In this document: in pieces, positions 8,848-16,256 of the stretch
Position numbering within the stretch: position 1 is the first letter of the stretch
How the letters are laid out: each line of letters opens with the position of its first letter
Source of the DNA: an uncultured Phycisphaeraceae bacterium
Lineage (GTDB): Bacteria > Planctomycetota > Phycisphaerae > Phycisphaerales > Phycisphaeraceae
Length of the DNA: 46,242 nt
Assembly (NCBI GenBank): GCA_964431205.1
Contig: CAYSIX010000001.1
Span: 1-46,242, forward strand
Direction of reading: 5' to 3'
The notes under the pieces: model-generated
What the model was told of the DNA's origin: nothing
Databases searched by the model: none
The model's input: only the letters and a program-made list of their open reading frames with translations
Position numbers and translations under genes: made by a program

Positions 8848-10107
8848 CTATCGCCGATGCCGCTTGGCGACCGTGGCGACGATCTCCACCGCCGTCGCCA
8901 CGTCCTGCTCTGTGTACTTTTCGCAGAACGACGCCCAGCGGATCATGTGCTCGATGTATGCCGAGGCGTTGGGACAGTCCTCGCGCACGTAGCGATGTTG
9001 GCCCGTCGCCGGCGGCGAGGAGTACGGCCACTCGCCTCGCTCGGCACGCTCGCTCAGAAACGGAAGCGCCGCCGGCATCAGGTAATACCGGCACGTGCCG
9101 ATCTTGGGAATGCCCGCCTCGGCGCACTCCTCGGCGAACTGGTCGGCGTCGCAGCGGAACCGCTCCGGATCGATGCGGAAACTGGCCATCCAGCACGAGT
9201 ACCGCTCGGTGTGGTCCGGGATCGTCGGGGGAAGGATGCCCGGGATCTTGCCCAACTCATCGATCATCAGGCGGATCATGCGGTCGCGCTGCGTCACGTT
9301 CGCCTCGGCGTCCTCGAGCTGCGCGATAGTGACCGCCGCCGACACCTGCGGAAGCCGGTGCGCAAAGCCCTGGTGCGTGTGAACCCGGCCGAAGCGCGGC
9401 TTCATCTGCCCGCCCCGGCTGTGCCCGATGAACCGCGCAAAGTCCGCGAAGCCCTCGTCGTCTGTCACCAGCGCCCCGGCGATGTCCGACCCGATCGTCT
9501 TCTCGGAGTCGAAGGAGAAGCACGCGGCATCGGCGAGCGTCCCGGCCAGCCGCCCCTTGTAGATCCCGAAAGCGGACTGACAGACGTCTTCGATCACGAA
9601 CAGCCCGCGATCACGCGCCAGCTCCATCACCGGATCCATGTCGATGAACAGGCCCGTCATGTGGACGCAGATGATCGCGCGGGTGCGAGTGGTGAGCTTT
9701 GCCTCGATCGTCCGGGCGCTGATGTTCACGTTGTCCGGCTCCGTGTCGGCGAAGACCGGGATCAGACCGAGTTCGATCAACCCCGTGATCGTGCCGTAGT
9801 CGGTGATGCAGCTGACGATCACCTCGTCGCCCGGCTCGAGCCGAAGCGCCGCGGCCGCCATCTTCATCGCCGGGTTGCACCCCGGAGAGGCGACGCAGTG
9901 TTTCCGGCCGAGCATCCCAGCCAGTTTCTGCTCCAACCGACCGGACATGTTGATCGCCAGCCCGGCGTCCACCACCTCGGACAGGTACTTCATCGTGTTC
10001 TTGCCCATCACACGCGGGAATGGGATCGGCAGGCGCCCTTCCTCGCCCGCCAGCGCCGCCGCGCCGAACTTCGCCGCGCCGAACGATGCGGCCTCGAGCT
10101 TTGTCAT
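8848..10107 (-). CDS. DegT/DnrJ/EryC1/StrS-family PLP-dependent aminotransferase
   Basis: 419 aa. Family blocks: GDEVIVSCITDYGTITGLIELGLIPVFADTEPD, HMTGLFIDMDPVMELARDRGLFVIEDVCQS, and Schiff-base lysine context ACFSFDSEKTIG. AAGGAAG RBS upstream. Confidence 0.75.
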   Translation of the reverse strand: MTKLEAASFGAAKFGAAALAGEEGRLPIPFPRVMGKNTMKYLSEVVDAGLAINMSGRLEQKLAGMLGRKHCVASPGCNPAMKMAAAALRLEPGDEVIVSCITDYGTITGLIELGLIPVFADTEPDNVNISARTIEAKLTTRTRAIICVHMTGLFIDMDPVMELARDRGLFVIEDVCQSAFGIYKGRLAGTLADAACFSFDSEKTIGSDIAGALVTDDEGFADFARFIGHSRGGQMKPRFGRVHTHQGFAHRLPQVSAAVTIAQLEDAEANVTQRDRMIRLMIDELGKIPGILPPTIPDHTERYSCWMASFRIDPERFRCDADQFAEECAEAGIPKIGTCRYYLMPAALPFLSERAERGEWPYSSPPATGQHRYVREDCPNASAYIEHMIRWASFCEKYTEQDVATAVEIVATVAKRHRR

Positions 10108-10189
10108 CTTCGTCTTCCTTTACGTTCCAAGGTCACTTCACTCTCGCGTCACACCGTCGCACGCCGACCGCGCAACGCCCGCGACCCAC

Positions 10190-11035
10190 TCACCCCTTCA
10201 CGGCCCCTGCCGCGATCCCCCGCTGTATGAACCGTTGCAGACATACGTAGATCACGATCATCGGCACCACCATGATCACCAGCGCCGCGAACGCCGTGCC
10301 CCACTGGCTGTTGTTGCTCGCCGACAGCGTCACGTTCGCCAACGCCAACGGCAGCGTCTGTACCCGCTCGACGTCCGCGTTCGACAGCAGCATGAATGCC
10401 AGAAAGTACTCGCTCCACGTCGCGAGGAACGAGAAGATCGCCACGGTCGCCAGCGCTGACCGGCCCAGCGGAACCACCACGTGCCAGAACACCTGCCAAT
10501 GGCTGGCGCCGTCAATGAACGCCGCCTCCTCGAGACTCCGCGGCAGTCCGCGGAAGAAACCAGATAACACCAAAACCCCGAATGGCAGGCCGAACCCCAC
10601 GTACGCGAGGATTAGCCCAACCCGCGTGCCCAGCAGCCCCGTGTCCCGGAAATGGAAGAACAGTGGCACGACCGCGAGCTGGACCGGTATCATCAGCCCC
10701 GCCACGAAAAGCGCGCCGATCGCTGCGCGGCCGGGCAGACAGAACCGCGTCAGGGCGAACGCCGCCATGGCCGACAACAGTGTCGTCACGATCACGACCG
10801 CCGTGTTGATCACGACGCTGTTGACAAACGCCATGCCGATACCCCCACCCCCCCAAGCTTGGCGGTAGTTCGACCAATGCAGATCGCTCAGCCGGGGAAG
10901 CCCGAATGGCGAAAAGAAGATGTTCTGGTTCGACTTGAGGCTCGAAAGAAACAGCCACAGCATCGGCAGAACCACCGACAGACCAAACCCGATCAGGATC
11001 ACGGCTCCCAGCCACGTCATCGGCCGACGAATCAT
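10190..11035 (-). CDS. Carbohydrate ABC transporter permease (MalG-type)
   Basis: ORF 10190..11251. Start moved to ATG 11035 (MIRRPMTWLGAVILIGFGL). The upstream part of the ORF is Arg/Ala-rich and overlaps the neighbouring gene. Multi-TM protein with EAA loop SLEEAAFIDGASHWQVFWHVVVPL. Confidence 0.85.
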   Translation of the reverse strand: MIRRPMTWLGAVILIGFGLSVVLPMLWLFLSSLKSNQNIFFSPFGLPRLSDLHWSNYRQAWGGGGIGMAFVNSVVINTAVVIVTTLLSAMAAFALTRFCLPGRAAIGALFVAGLMIPVQLAVVPLFFHFRDTGLLGTRVGLILAYVGFGLPFGVLVLSGFFRGLPRSLEEAAFIDGASHWQVFWHVVVPLGRSALATVAIFSFLATWSEYFLAFMLLSNADVERVQTLPLALANVTLSASNNSQWGTAFAALVIMVVPMIVIYVCLQRFIQRGIAAGAVKG

Positions 11036-11064
11036 GACCCCGAGCGTGGTGGCCGCACCGCTGC

Positions 11065-13623
11065 TCACGCGTGCACCTCCTCCCCCCGCATCACGCGAAA
11101 CGACAGCATCGACAGCCCGAACGTCATCACGAACAGAAGCACGGCCAGCGCGGCCGCTTCGCCCACCCTCAGCTCGAAGAACATGGTCTGCACCAGCCGC
11201 GTCCCGATAACGTGCGACTGCTCGCCCGGGCGTTGATCGGTCAGCAGCCACACCACCTCGAACGTCTTCATGCTCATAATGAGCAGAAACACGACGACGA
11301 TCGTGATCATGTGCCGGATCATTGGCACCGTGACCGACCAGAACTGACGGGTCCGACCCGCGCCGTCGAGGTCGGCGGCCTCATACAGGCTCTTGGGGAT
11401 CTCGCTCATCGCCGCCAGGAATAGCAGCATGTTGAACCCCACGGTCATCCAGATCAGGATCGGCAGGATGGACCAGTACAGCATGCGCTGCGAAAGCCAC
11501 GGAAACCCGTCGAACCGCTCCAGCCACGCGCCCCATGACGCGACCGAGCCCCCGAGGTAGCCGACGCCCGCCCCGTCCAGCATGGCCGCGAACCCGCTGA
11601 CCCATTGGCCGAGCATGACCAGTATCGCGTTGATCGGCCCGCTCTGCGGGTCGTACAGGTGTGTCCACAGCAGCGCCGCCGCGACACCGCCCAGAAAGTT
11701 CGGGAACAGCAACACGACACGCAACACATGCGCGCCGACGATGCCCCGAAGGATGAGCACCGCGAACGCCAGCGACAGCGGCACCACGCAGAGTGGGACC
11801 AGCACCGCGATGAACAGATTGTTGACCAAAGCGCTCCAGAACCCGCTGCTCTCCAGCAGCAGCCGACGAAAGTGGGTCAGCCCGTACCACGCGGCGTCGC
11901 CCAGCCCGTTCCACCGAACAAACGCCCACCGAAATGCATGCAACGATGGCATCAGGACGATCAGCACATACACCAGCGCCGCCGGCCCGATGAACATGGC
12001 CACCCCACGGAAGCCGAGCCTTTGCGTAGTCCCCCGATGCACGACGTCGGCTCGGCTCGCCGAGCGGCGCGACCAACGGACTTGGCCGAGCACCGACCGG
12101 ACGATCCACAGCATGCCCACTACCGTCACGGCCAAGAACGCCGCCGCCCGCCACGGGTGCTTGACCTGCACCAGCGTGGGGTCGGCACGCCGCTGGCGGA
12201 GCATGTCCGCGGCGGCCTCGAGCTCGGCCGCGATCTGACGCGGCGTCTTGCGCAGCTCCAGCAGGTCCTCCCGCGCGTTGCTCCACGCCTGCAGCATCTC
12301 CGGGGCGGCATCCGTCGACGAACCGTACGTTTCACGTGCCGCTCGCACCATCGGCAACAACGACTCGATGTCCGGGTCCAGGCCCTCGTTGGCGCCCCGC
12401 GTCGCGACCAGCGTCTGCTTCGCCACGGCGAACCGGTTCGCCTGCTCACGCGATGTTAGAAACCGTAAAAAGTCCACCGCCGCCTCAGGCGCCGCGCCGT
12501 CACGAAACACAAAGAACTGCGCTTGGTACGTCTTGAGCGCCGTCGGATCGCCCACACCTTCCTCGAAGACCGGCAGCGGGAACGACCCAAGCCGAAAGTC
12601 CTCCGGAATGACGTCCGACATCTCTGATTTCAACCACGACCCGTTGAAGATCATCGCGGCCTGGCCCAGGAAGAACTGTGCCTGGGCCTCGATGTGCCCC
12701 TGACTCATCGCGCCGGGCTGAAAATAGTCGCGCGACAGGTGCTGGACGACCTCGAACGCCCGGATCATCGCCGGATGGTTGAACGCCCCGGGCTCCAGGT
12801 CGATCTGAGCCTGATACGCCTCGGCGCCAGCCAGGCTGTAGAACGCGGACTCGTAAATCGTCGACGCGTAGTGCGTGCGACGACCCGGGAAGGCGATTGG
12901 GGCGACGCCGGCCCGCTTCAGGCGTTCACAAGTCTCAAAGAACTCCTCCCACGTGCGCGGCGGCTCCAGGCCGTGCTCTTTAAAGATCCGTTGGTTGTAC
13001 CAGACGGCGTACACGGCATAAGCCACGGGGATCGCGTATACCTTGCCCTGGTGCCGGAACCCATCGAGGCTGCCGGGCAGAAACGTTTCCCGCCAAGTCT
13101 GATCTCCCTCCCAGTTGGGGCCCTCGAGGTACTCATCGAACGACAGCAGGTGCCCGCTCTCGATCAACGCCCAAGGCGTGCGAACGGCGTCGGTCACGTC
13201 GGGGATCGATCCGGCGAGCACCCGGATCTGGACCTTGTCCATCATCACCGGATCGCCGTACAACCGCACTTCGACGCCGGGACGGACCGCCTCGTATGCG
13301 CGGGCGGCACGCAGGTAGCCATCGATCCCATACCCCCCGTCATAGAATGGCGCATCGACCACGACGCTCCTATCCGGCCGAGCCGGCTCGGGCGGCGCGA
13401 GCGAAGTCGCCGACGCCCCGCGGGGAATCGTCACCAGCAGGATGGACACGCCGCACAACCAACTCGATGACACGGCCGCTTGCCAAGGCCGCCGGCGTCG
13501 CAAACATCTCGGACGGGCTGCGGTCATGGACTTCCCGAGGCGTCGCACAGACTCTCGTGGCCTGACAAGATCCAAGCCTCTCCAACCAGGCGACGCGATC
13601 CACTTCTTCATCGCCATGACCAC
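11065..13623 (-). CDS. Fusion protein: family-1 extracellular solute-binding domain + MalF-type ABC permease
   Basis: Single 852-aa ORF.
- N-terminal basic region plus hydrophobic anchor (AAVSSSWLCGVSILLVTI).
- aa ~85-500 resemble sugar binding proteins (YAIPVAYAVYAVWYNQRIFKEHGLEPPRTWEEFFETCERLKRAGVAPIAF; FNGSWLKSEM).
- An extra TM helix (AAAFLAVTVVGMLWIV) and a basic loop follow.
- Then a permease core with EAA loop LYEAADLDGAGRTRQFWSVTVPMI.
Start is GTG 13623 or ATG 13617/13611, that is 4-16 nt after the DUF1559 stop. Confidence 0.8.
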   Translation of the reverse strand: MVMAMKKWIASPGWRGLDLVRPRESVRRLGKSMTAARPRCLRRRRPWQAAVSSSWLCGVSILLVTIPRGASATSLAPPEPARPDRSVVVDAPFYDGGYGIDGYLRAARAYEAVRPGVEVRLYGDPVMMDKVQIRVLAGSIPDVTDAVRTPWALIESGHLLSFDEYLEGPNWEGDQTWRETFLPGSLDGFRHQGKVYAIPVAYAVYAVWYNQRIFKEHGLEPPRTWEEFFETCERLKRAGVAPIAFPGRRTHYASTIYESAFYSLAGAEAYQAQIDLEPGAFNHPAMIRAFEVVQHLSRDYFQPGAMSQGHIEAQAQFFLGQAAMIFNGSWLKSEMSDVIPEDFRLGSFPLPVFEEGVGDPTALKTYQAQFFVFRDGAAPEAAVDFLRFLTSREQANRFAVAKQTLVATRGANEGLDPDIESLLPMVRAARETYGSSTDAAPEMLQAWSNAREDLLELRKTPRQIAAELEAAADMLRQRRADPTLVQVKHPWRAAAFLAVTVVGMLWIVRSVLGQVRWSRRSASRADVVHRGTTQRLGFRGVAMFIGPAALVYVLIVLMPSLHAFRWAFVRWNGLGDAAWYGLTHFRRLLLESSGFWSALVNNLFIAVLVPLCVVPLSLAFAVLILRGIVGAHVLRVVLLFPNFLGGVAAALLWTHLYDPQSGPINAILVMLGQWVSGFAAMLDGAGVGYLGGSVASWGAWLERFDGFPWLSQRMLYWSILPILIWMTVGFNMLLFLAAMSEIPKSLYEAADLDGAGRTRQFWSVTVPMIRHMITIVVVFLLIMSMKTFEVVWLLTDQRPGEQSHVIGTRLVQTMFFELRVGEAAALAVLLFVMTFGLSMLSFRVMRGEEVHA

Positions 13624-13627
13624 GGGC

Positions 13628-14443
13628 TCAATTGTACGGGTCCCACTTGTTGTTGTCGGGTTGCTCGAACGCGTCGGTCAGCTCATCCTCGCCGTAGGGG
13701 TTGTAACCCTGCGTCTCGACACCGTCGTCGATCTTGACCGCCGTCACGTGCGAATCCGCCCACAACGTATTCACCGCGCCCGAGTGTCGTGCGCCGGGCA
13801 TGAGGCGGTTATTGAGGCCCCACACCCACGTGGCGTTCACAATGTACCACCCCGAGGAGTTTGGTTCCGGGAACGCCTCCGAGGTCAGTTGCCAGGTGTC
13901 GAGCATCGAGATCGTCGAGCTGGCATTACGCACCTCTTCGACCTTGGCCGGCGTGTTCGCCGGCCGAAGCCCCTTCGGGTCACCCTGGTACCCCCATAGC
14001 CGGTCTTCGTTCGCCCCGTAGTTGATCGTGCGCCAGAGCGAATGCCGTAGATCAAACTCCGATCCACTCACCGGCAAGTCCGCGTAGGGATCCACGGGAG
14101 CGTCGGGACAGTTGTAAGCCTCTGTGGAGCTGGTGTACTGCTGCTTGATAAACATCGCCGGCCAGTAGGGAATGTCGCTCAGGCTGACACCACTTCCGAC
14201 GGGCAGGACCTGGCCGGAGGGCGGAAACGAGTTGTCGTAGTCCTGATGGTACAGGGCCACGACCAGTCCCAACTGCCGAATGTTGGACATGCAGTTGACG
14301 TTTCGGGCCGCCTGGCGGGACGCCCCCAGCGCCGGCAACAGGATCCCGATCAGGATGGCAATGATCGAGATGACAACGAGCAACTCGATGAGAGTAAACG
14401 CGGAACGAATTGGGCCATGCCGTGAAACAGGATAATCAGACAT
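13628..14443 (-). CDS. Prepilin-type N-terminal cleavage/methylation domain protein, DUF1559 (H-X9-DG) family
   Basis: Start at ATG 14443 (AAGGTG 6 nt upstream); the track ORF begins at GTG 14452. [58 protein letters not shown] is a class III (pilin-like) signal. The C-terminal [16 protein letters not shown] is the H-X9-D(G) motif, here D-S. Confidence 0.85.
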   Translation of the reverse strand: MSDYPVSRHGPIRSAFTLIELLVVISIIAILIGILLPALGASRQAARNVNCMSNIRQLGLVVALYHQDYDNSFPPSGQVLPVGSGVSLSDIPYWPAMFIKQQYTSSTEAYNCPDAPVDPYADLPVSGSEFDLRHSLWRTINYGANEDRLWGYQGDPKGLRPANTPAKVEEVRNASSTISMLDTWQLTSEAFPEPNSSGWYIVNATWVWGLNNRLMPGARHSGAVNTLWADSHVTAVKIDDGVETQGYNPYGEDELTDAFEQPDNNKWDPYN

Positions 14444-14600
14444 CAGGCGCACCTTTTCTGGAAGCTCGTGGAGTAAGTGAAACCATTGTCACGATCTGGT
14501 GGTACGTCACGACGGCGTGAAGGCGCCACACTCCCGATCGCGGGAAAGTGCATTCGCCGCCAAACGCGTGGGCGCTGACCGCCATCCGCCGCTCCCCGCG

Positions 14601-15704
14601 TCAACCGGTCCGACGGCGGCGGCGGATCGCGAGGCCGGCCACGGTCAGCAGAAAGGAAACGGCCCCAGCGGGCTCGGGTACAGCCGCCCCCTCGACACCT
14701 GTCCCGAAGTTCGTCTGCCACAAGCCCAGGTCGAACGCGTCCACGTCTCCATCGCCGTCAAAATCAGCGCTGAGGCTCTCGCCCGTCTCACCGAATTGCG
14801 TCTGCCAAATGCCCAGGTCGAAGGCGTCCACGTCGCCGTCCCCATCGGCGTCGCCCGGCACCACGTCTGCGGAGGCGACATTAATGTTGTCGATCCACAC
14901 CTCGGCCGTGAGCGACGCGTCGGTGGAGTACCCAAGACGATTGACCCCGTCCACCGTGCCGTTCATCGGGAGGTCGGCGGTTGTGCCATCGGTCAGCTTG
15001 AAGAGCACGGGCTCGCCGTCGATGAACAGCGAGTAAAGGCCCTCTCCTGCGTCCCACTCCACTGTGAGCTCGAACGGGCGGTTGATCACGTCATTTATGA
15101 AATCCGTCGGCATGGCTCCGGTCGTGGTCAGCCCCGTCCAGATGTCGCGGATATGGAAAAACCCCGTGTCCGCGACCAGAAAGTCGAACCAGATCGTGGG
15201 CGATGGACTGTTTACGTTGATCAACGGCGGCTCTTCTCCACCGATGACGACCTGCAGGTTGTTGTAAAAAAACCCGTCGGTGTGAACGGGCAAAGTGCGG
15301 TCTGGCAGCCTTGGATCCGCCAGGAAGAGATCCATCGTTGCTTGCCCGACGGGGATCGAGTCAGGCTCACCGCTGGCGCCCTCGGTGAAGGCGATCTGGG
15401 CGTTCGCCGAACCGGTGTGATCCTTGATGAACAGGCTCTGATTGTCAGGTCCGAATGGGTCCGCGAACTCACTCTCCGAGTCGGCTACAATAACCTGCGT
15501 CGCGAAGTTCAGAAACGGAAGGTTCTGGGGATCCGAGATGTTGAACGCGCCCGCCGGCGCTGAGCCCACCTCGTCCGCCTCGAAGTCCTCGTGAATGATG
15601 TTGCCGTGCACCGGCGCGGCGCCGAAGATCAGCGTTACGACGGCGACCGAGCGACCAACGCCACGTTGGGCGAAGTGCTTGCGAGTCCTCTCTTGCAACG
15701 ACAT
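14601..15704 (-). CDS. PEP-CTERM-anchored exoprotein: ConA/LamG-like beta-sandwich domain + double dockerin-like cassette
   Basis: 367 aa. AAGGAGAA RBS precedes ATG 15704 and a signal peptide is present. The core domain is shared with the 16257..17171 paralog (IHEDFEAD.VGSAP ... GLYSL.IDGEPVLFKLTDGTTA.LPMNGTVDGVNR). Two DxDxDGxVDxxD repeats (GDADGDGDVDAFDLGIWQTQFG, DFDGDGDVDAFDLGLWQTNFG). C-terminal VPEPAGAVSFLLTVAGLAIRRRRRTG is a PEP-CTERM sorting signal. Confidence 0.85.
   Translation of the reverse strand: MSLQERTRKHFAQRGVGRSVAVVTLIFGAAPVHGNIIHEDFEADEVGSAPAGAFNISDPQNLPFLNFATQVIVADSESEFADPFGPDNQSLFIKDHTGSANAQIAFTEGASGEPDSIPVGQATMDLFLADPRLPDRTLPVHTDGFFYNNLQVVIGGEEPPLINVNSPSPTIWFDFLVADTGFFHIRDIWTGLTTTGAMPTDFINDVINRPFELTVEWDAGEGLYSLFIDGEPVLFKLTDGTTADLPMNGTVDGVNRLGYSTDASLTAEVWIDNINVASADVVPGDADGDGDVDAFDLGIWQTQFGETGESLSADFDGDGDVDAFDLGLWQTNFGTGVEGAAVPEPAGAVSFLLTVAGLAIRRRRRTG
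14703..14855 (-). repeat. Dockerin-like double EF-hand cassette, copy 1 of 3 (coding)
   Basis: A 51-codon block (GDADGDGDVDAFDLG.WQT.FG...DFD.DGDVD.FDLGLWQTNFG) recurs at 19243..19395 (+) and 41423..41575 (+). Most nucleotide positions are identical by eye. Confidence 0.85.
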
Positions 15705-15790
15705 GGGTTTCTCCTTTGAAGGCGGTGAAAGCGGTTGTGGAAGCGGTTCAGCGGTCCCGTCAGCAGACCGAAATTAGCGGATCGGTAATA

Positions 15791-15819
15791 ATTATGCGCC
15801 AGCGTCGCGACGTTGTCAA
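15791..15819 (-). promoter_or_regulatory. Sigma70-type promoter for the 14601..15704 gene
   Basis: Minus strand reads TTGACA (15819-15814), 17 nt, CATAAT (15796-15791), about 80 nt upstream of ATG 15704. The -10 and early leader (CATAATTATTACCGATCCGCTAAT) are homologous to the plus-strand promoter of the divergent paralog (CATCATTATTACCATACCGTTAAT). Confidence 0.6.
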
Positions 15820-15959
15820 GGGGCGGGTGCCGGCCGGTCTAAAACCCGGGCGGAGACGCCCAAGGAACGGATCGGCGTCCGGATATGCGCTAGCTTGATC
15901 GGAGCGCCGTTTCCCAGCCGTTCACGCTCTAGGACAGGGGGACGCATGGTCGCCCATAG

Positions 15960-16125
15960 CCAGGGTGAAGACATTTACTGACCGGCGACGCCAGCGCGTT
16001 CAGGGCGGACGTGATTCTGAGGGCGTGAGAGCCGTCCAACTGGAGACCAGAAATCTGAGGCCAACTTACTCATTTCGGGTCGTCGCGGCCCGTTGCATGA
16101 GAATCGGGTAATGTCTTCACCCTGG
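15960..16125. mobile_element. MITE-like non-autonomous element (166 bp) with 16-bp perfect terminal inverted repeats and 7-bp flanking direct repeat
   Basis: CCAGGGTGAAGACATT (15960-15975) and its exact reverse complement AATGTCTTCACCCTGG (16110-16125) bound a 134-nt ORF-less interior. Both outer flanks are CCCATAG in the same orientation (15953-15959 and 16126-16132). This is the pattern of a target-site duplication. Confidence 0.6.
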
Positions 16126-16141
16126 CCCATAGCACGACCAC

Positions 16142-16170
16142 TTGACAAGGCGGCTACGACACGTCATCAT
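16142..16170 (+). promoter_or_regulatory. Sigma70-type promoter for the 16257..17171 gene
   Basis: TTGACA (16142-16147), 17 nt, CATCAT (16165-16170), about 80 nt upstream of ATG 16257. Homologous to the minus-strand promoter at 15791-15819. The MITE-like element ends 16 nt (TSD 9 nt) upstream of the -35. Confidence 0.55.
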
Positions 16171-16256
16171 TATTACCATACCGTTAATAGCTGCCCGGTG
16201 ATCTTGGGTGGACCACGTTTGACCGGGCCGCAGCACCCGTGAGAGGAGATAGCAGC

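Noticed and set aside
16115-16170. CTTCAC located exactly 21 nt upstream of the TTGACA -35, the same spacing as the CTTCAA motif at 38099, 39392 and 44184
   Set aside because: The hexamer is part of the terminal inverted repeat of the MITE-like element (16110-16125) and lacks the following ATTG and the upstream GACC. The matching register is most simply coincidence, so I did not count it as a fourth copy.
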